11,379 bases of DNA from Sandaracinaceae bacterium (lineage in GTDB: Bacteria; Myxococcota_A; Polyangia; Polyangiales; Sandaracinaceae), in contig JBGAQA010000150.1 of the NCBI GenBank assembly GCA_044220955.1, positions 1 through 11,379 of the forward strand, given 5' to 3'. Positions within the stretch are counted from its first letter, which is position 1. Each line of letters begins with the position of its first letter. Of the stretch, positions 8,121-11,379 are shown in pieces. The notes under the pieces are model-generated. The model was given only the letters and a program-made list of their open reading frames with translations. It was not told the origin of the DNA and ran no database searches. Made by a program: the position numbers and the translations under genes.

Positions 8121-8253
8121 GGCTCCGACCTCCGTGCCCGGTGGGGCGCGGAAGGCAGTGCACGGCTGGATCCGGCCTCTGCCGCTCGAATTCGCGAGGA
8201 AGTCGCCCCGGATCCGGCGGGCATGGCGGCGGGCCGCCGCCACCCCCTGTCGC

Positions 8254-8282
8254 TTGTCCACGCCCCGCGGGCCGCTTACGAT
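8254..8282 (+). promoter_or_regulatory. Sigma70-type promoter for pepA
   Basis: TTGTCC 8254-8259, 17 nt, TACGAT 8277-8282. SD AGGAGG at 8333-8338 precedes ATG 8342. Confidence 0.5.
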
Positions 8283-8341
8283 GCCGGCGCACACGCTCGG
8301 GGGGGCGCGGTTCGCGGCTGCTGTCGTTCGTCAGGAGGAAC

Positions 8342-9826
8342 ATGAAGGTCACGCTCTCCACCGATGCGCTCTCCAAGGTTCGGGCCGATCTTCTCGCGCT
8401 CGGTGTTCGCTCCGGCGGTCTCGGATCCGACAAGGGCCTGAAGGGCTTCGATCGCGCGCTCGGCGGAGCCCTCTCGGCGGCCGCCAAGCTCGAGGACTTC
8501 ACGGGCAAGGCAGGCGAGTCGCTCCGCGTGGCGCTCCCGCGTGGAGGCGCGAAGAACGTCCTGCTCGTCGGCCTCGGCGACGCGACCTTCGGCGAGAAGG
8601 AGGCGCGCACCCTCGCCGTCCGCGCCGCGGTGGCCGGCTCGAAGTACGGCGTCGTCGCGATCGCGCTCCCGGCGGACGACGACGGCATCCTGCGCGCCGC
8701 CGCCGAGGGCGCGATGACCGGCGCCTACCGCTACACGCGCTACCTCACGGGCGACCGCAAGCCGAAGCGCCGCCTCGAGACGGCGCGCCTGATCGTCTCG
8801 CGCAAGGACAAGAAGGCCGCCGCGGCCGTCGAGGCGGGCGTGGTGATGGCCGAGAGCGTGATGCTGGTGCGCGACCTCGTGAACGCGCCCCCGAACGACC
8901 TCACGCCCGTCGCGCTCGCCAACGAGGCGCGCAAGGCGTGCGAGGCGCACGGGATCGGCTTCGTCGAGTGGGACAAGGCCGGCCTGGCCGAGCTCGGCGC
9001 CGAGCTCTTCCTCGCCGTGAACCGGGGAAGCGCGGAAGAGCCGCGCATGGTCCACATGAGCTACGTGCCCGAGAGCGCGGGCCCCAAGCACAAGAAGATC
9101 GTGTTCGTGGGGAAGGGCCTCACGTTCGACTCGGGCGGCCTCTGCATCAAGCCCGCGGCGAGCATGATCGACATGAAGTGCGACATGGCCGGCGCGGCGA
9201 CGACGATCGGCATCATCCTCGCGGCCGCGCGCCTGAAGCTCCCGATCGAGGTCCACGGCCTCTTCGGTGCGACCGAGAACATGACCGGCTCGTCGGCCTA
9301 CCGGCCCGGCGACGTGTTCAAGAGCCTGGACGGCAAGACGGTCGAGATCATCAACACCGACGCCGAGGGCCGCCTCGTCCTGGCCGACGTGCTCTCGTAC
9401 GCGGCCAAGACCCTGAAGCCCGACTACATGATCGACCACGCGACGCTGACCGGCGCCTGCATGGTCGCGCTCGGGCCCTGGACGGCGGGCCTCTACGCGA
9501 ACGACGACACCCTGGCCTCGGCCTACGCGAAGGCGGCGGGCGAGCAGGGCGAGTCGTTCTGGCGGATGCCGCTCGACGAGGATCTGCGCGAGTCGCTCAA
9601 GAGCGACGTCGCCGACATGAAGCACATGGGCGACCGCTACGGCGGCTCGATCACCGCCGCGCTCTTCCTCAAGGAGTTCGTCGGGAAGACCAAGTGGATG
9701 CACCTCGACATCGCCGGCCCCGCGTTCGCCGAGCGCGCGCATGGCACGAGCCCGAAGGGCGGCACCGGCTTCGGCGTCGCGACGGGCGTGCGCTTCCTCG
9801 AGTCGCTCGCCGCTGCCGGGAACTGA
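8342..9826 (+). CDS. pepA: Leucyl aminopeptidase (peptidase M17)
   Basis: Motifs VGKGLTFDSGG, MKCDMAGAA, NTDAEGRLVLAD, ATLTGA, HLDIAG. AGGAGG SD precedes ATG 8342. 494 aa. Confidence 0.96.
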   Translation: MKVTLSTDALSKVRADLLALGVRSGGLGSDKGLKGFDRALGGALSAAAKLEDFTGKAGESLRVALPRGGAKNVLLVGLGDATFGEKEARTLAVRAAVAGSKYGVVAIALPADDDGILRAAAEGAMTGAYRYTRYLTGDRKPKRRLETARLIVSRKDKKAAAAVEAGVVMAESVMLVRDLVNAPPNDLTPVALANEARKACEAHGIGFVEWDKAGLAELGAELFLAVNRGSAEEPRMVHMSYVPESAGPKHKKIVFVGKGLTFDSGGLCIKPAASMIDMKCDMAGAATTIGIILAAARLKLPIEVHGLFGATENMTGSSAYRPGDVFKSLDGKTVEIINTDAEGRLVLADVLSYAAKTLKPDYMIDHATLTGACMVALGPWTAGLYANDDTLASAYAKAAGEQGESFWRMPLDEDLRESLKSDVADMKHMGDRYGGSITAALFLKEFVGKTKWMHLDIAGPAFAERAHGTSPKGGTGFGVATGVRFLESLAAAGN

Positions 9827-9959
9827 AGAGCTGTCCCGGAATTGCATCGGCTCGCCTCTCCGGCCCCTTCCGTCCGCGGGCTGTGCCCGCTACCGTCCGG
9901 GACCTGCGTGGCGAGCACTCCTGTCGACGCGGCGCGCACGTCTCGTCCTCGCCGCGACG

Positions 9960-10640
9960 GTGATGGCGACGGCGCTCGCGCCGCTCGTCGTGCAGGCGCA
10001 CCTCGGCCACGTGATCCTGCGCGCGGAGCGCTACCTCAAGCTCGACGCGAGCGAGAGCGACACGCGGCTGGTCGTGTCCCTGACGCTCGGCGCCGCCGAG
10101 GGAGCTCGCGTGCTCGCGGCGGCCGACGCGAACGGTGATCACGTGGTGTCCCAGGCCGAGTCGGACGCCTACCTCGCCCAGTGGGGCGAGGGGCTGCGGA
10201 CGGACATCCCGATCGAGATCGACGGCGAGCCCTTCACCGCGACGTGGACCGAGGGCTACCTCGAGCCGATCGGCCCGGTGGCGCCGACGCCGCTGACGGT
10301 CGAGATCACCGCGCACCTGCCGCTCACGCGTCGCGAGCACGTCGTCCGCTTCCGCGACCACATGCGTCGCGAGGTGTTCGATCGAACGGACGTCGCGTTC
10401 CGCGCGCACGACGGCGCCGCGCTGGTCACGGCGGGCCAGGGCGAGAGCCCGGCGGGCGTGCAGAACGATCTCGCGTTCGGCTCGGGCGCGGGCCCGGACG
10501 CGCCGCCCGAGGCGCTCACGGCGCACGTGCGCTTCCCGCGCCGCACGGATGCCGATGCGTCGGCGCTCGCGCTGCCGGCGGCGGTGATCGCGCTCGCAGG
10601 GGTGGCGTTCGTCGCGTGGCGCCGGCGTCGCCGGGGCTGA
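9960..10640 (+). CDS. Hypothetical exported, C-terminally anchored protein with an EF-hand-like loop (start uncertain)
   Basis: Signal-like ...TALAPLVVQA|HLGH; DANGDHVVSQAE loop; C-terminal LALPAAVIALAGVAFVAW-RRRRRG. The first canonical in-frame starts after pepA are GTG 9960 and ATG 9963. Confidence 0.7.
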   Translation: MMATALAPLVVQAHLGHVILRAERYLKLDASESDTRLVVSLTLGAAEGARVLAAADANGDHVVSQAESDAYLAQWGEGLRTDIPIEIDGEPFTATWTEGYLEPIGPVAPTPLTVEITAHLPLTRREHVVRFRDHMRREVFDRTDVAFRAHDGAALVTAGQGESPAGVQNDLAFGSGAGPDAPPEALTAHVRFPRRTDADASALALPAAVIALAGVAFVAWRRRRRG

Positions 10641-10652
10641 GGCGCGCTCAGC

Positions 10653-11282
10653 TCACGCGAGGCGGATCCAGAGCATCGCGAGGTCGTCGGCGAGGCGGCC
10701 GGAGCGCAGGCGCACGCGATCTGCCAGCTCCGGGAGCAAGGGCTCGTGGGGCGAGCGCGCAGGCGGCGGCGCGGCGCGCGCCGCGAGCCCGTCGGTCGCG
10801 GCGAGGAGCGCAGACGCGCCGAGGACGCCGAGCTCGTGCGGAGCCGCGCCGCTTCCGACGAGCGGCTTGCGCGGGACGGCGCCCGTGAGATCGCGCCAGG
10901 CGCCGTCGATCGCCGCCCATGCGCGCACATCGCCCGCCGCGGCTCCCGCGAGGACGAGCCCGGCCTCCGCGCTCACGTCGCCGAGCACCACGGCGGACTC
11001 GGCGCCGAGGCGCGCGAGTGCCTCGGCGAGCTGGGTGATGCGGGACACGGACGGCGCGTCGGGGATGCCTGCCCTGGCGACGGCGAGCTCCGCGGCCGCG
11101 CGGCCGCGCCCCGAGTTGCCGGCGCCGTCCGCGACGACGAACGAGAGCGATGCGGCGTGCAGGTCGTGGCGCCACCCGATGCGGTCCTCGTCACGCCCGG
11201 CGGGCTCCACGAGCACGTCGACGAGCACGTCGCTGGCTCCGAGCCGCAGCGCGTGTCGATCGTACGTCCGAGGTCGGGCCAC
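10653..11282 (-). CDS. Minimal PP2C/PPM-family (SpoIIE-like) phosphatase-domain protein
   Basis: PPM motifs in the correct order: GRDEDR, FVVADGAG, AGDVRAW, LLAATDGL, LADDLAMLWIRL. Confidence 0.7.
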   Translation of the reverse strand: MARPRTYDRHALRLGASDVLVDVLVEPAGRDEDRIGWRHDLHAASLSFVVADGAGNSGRGRAAAELAVARAGIPDAPSVSRITQLAEALARLGAESAVVLGDVSAEAGLVLAGAAAGDVRAWAAIDGAWRDLTGAVPRKPLVGSGAAPHELGVLGASALLAATDGLAARAAPPPARSPHEPLLPELADRVRLRSGRLADDLAMLWIRLA

Positions 11283-11322
11283 TGCCTGCGGGCAACGCGT
11301 GTCGAGGGGGTCGTTAGTCCGC

Positions 11323-11379
11323 GAGAAAGAGGTCGAGAGCGAGAGCGAGGTCGAGAGCGAGGTCGAGAGCGAGGTCGAG
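11323..11379. repeat. Hexamer tandem repeat GAGAGC/GAGGTC running off the window edge
   Basis: GAGAAA GAGGTC GAGAGC GAGAGC GAGGTC GAGAGC GAGGTC GAGAGC GAGGTC GAG. Confidence 0.85.

Noticed and set aside
8221..8236. Sigma54 promoter for the comEA unit (minus strand CGGCCCGCCGCCATGC)
   Set aside because: GG-to-GC spacing is 11 nt rather than the required 10.
10560..10640. MYXO-CTERM, PEP-CTERM or LPXTG sorting signal
   Set aside because: TM + poly-Arg is present, but there is no Cys motif, PEP or LPxTG.
10636..10652. Hairpin GCTGAG-gcgcg-CTCAGC between convergent genes as a bidirectional terminator
   Set aside because: Only 6 bp with no U-tract on either side; too weak to call.
11323..11379. 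CRISPR array
   Set aside because: Contiguous 6/12-bp units with no spacers and no cas genes.

Overview
GC-rich chromosomal segment. The Cys-rich lipoproteins and gene content suggest a myxobacterium (Myxococcota, possibly Polyangiales), which is an inference. Left to right: two tandem paralogous Cys-rich lipoproteins (-); a YihY/BrkB membrane protein with a C-terminal HTH-like domain (+); a ~149-bp imperfect palindrome overlapping its 3' end; an ABC-2-type permease and a coupled membrane protein (+); murA and short-form hisG (+); a convergent two-gene unit of comEA and a small uncharacterised protein (-); leucyl aminopeptidase pepA (+); a secreted EF-hand protein with a C-terminal anchor (+); a minimal PP2C-like phosphatase (-); and a hexamer repeat at the right edge. 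No transposase, integrase, CRISPR array, tRNA or rRNA was recognised. The best candidates for undescribed biology are the long palindrome (MITE-like element or structured RNA), the comEA + small protein unit (possible DNA-uptake module) and the modular lipoprotein pair. None can be confirmed without searches.
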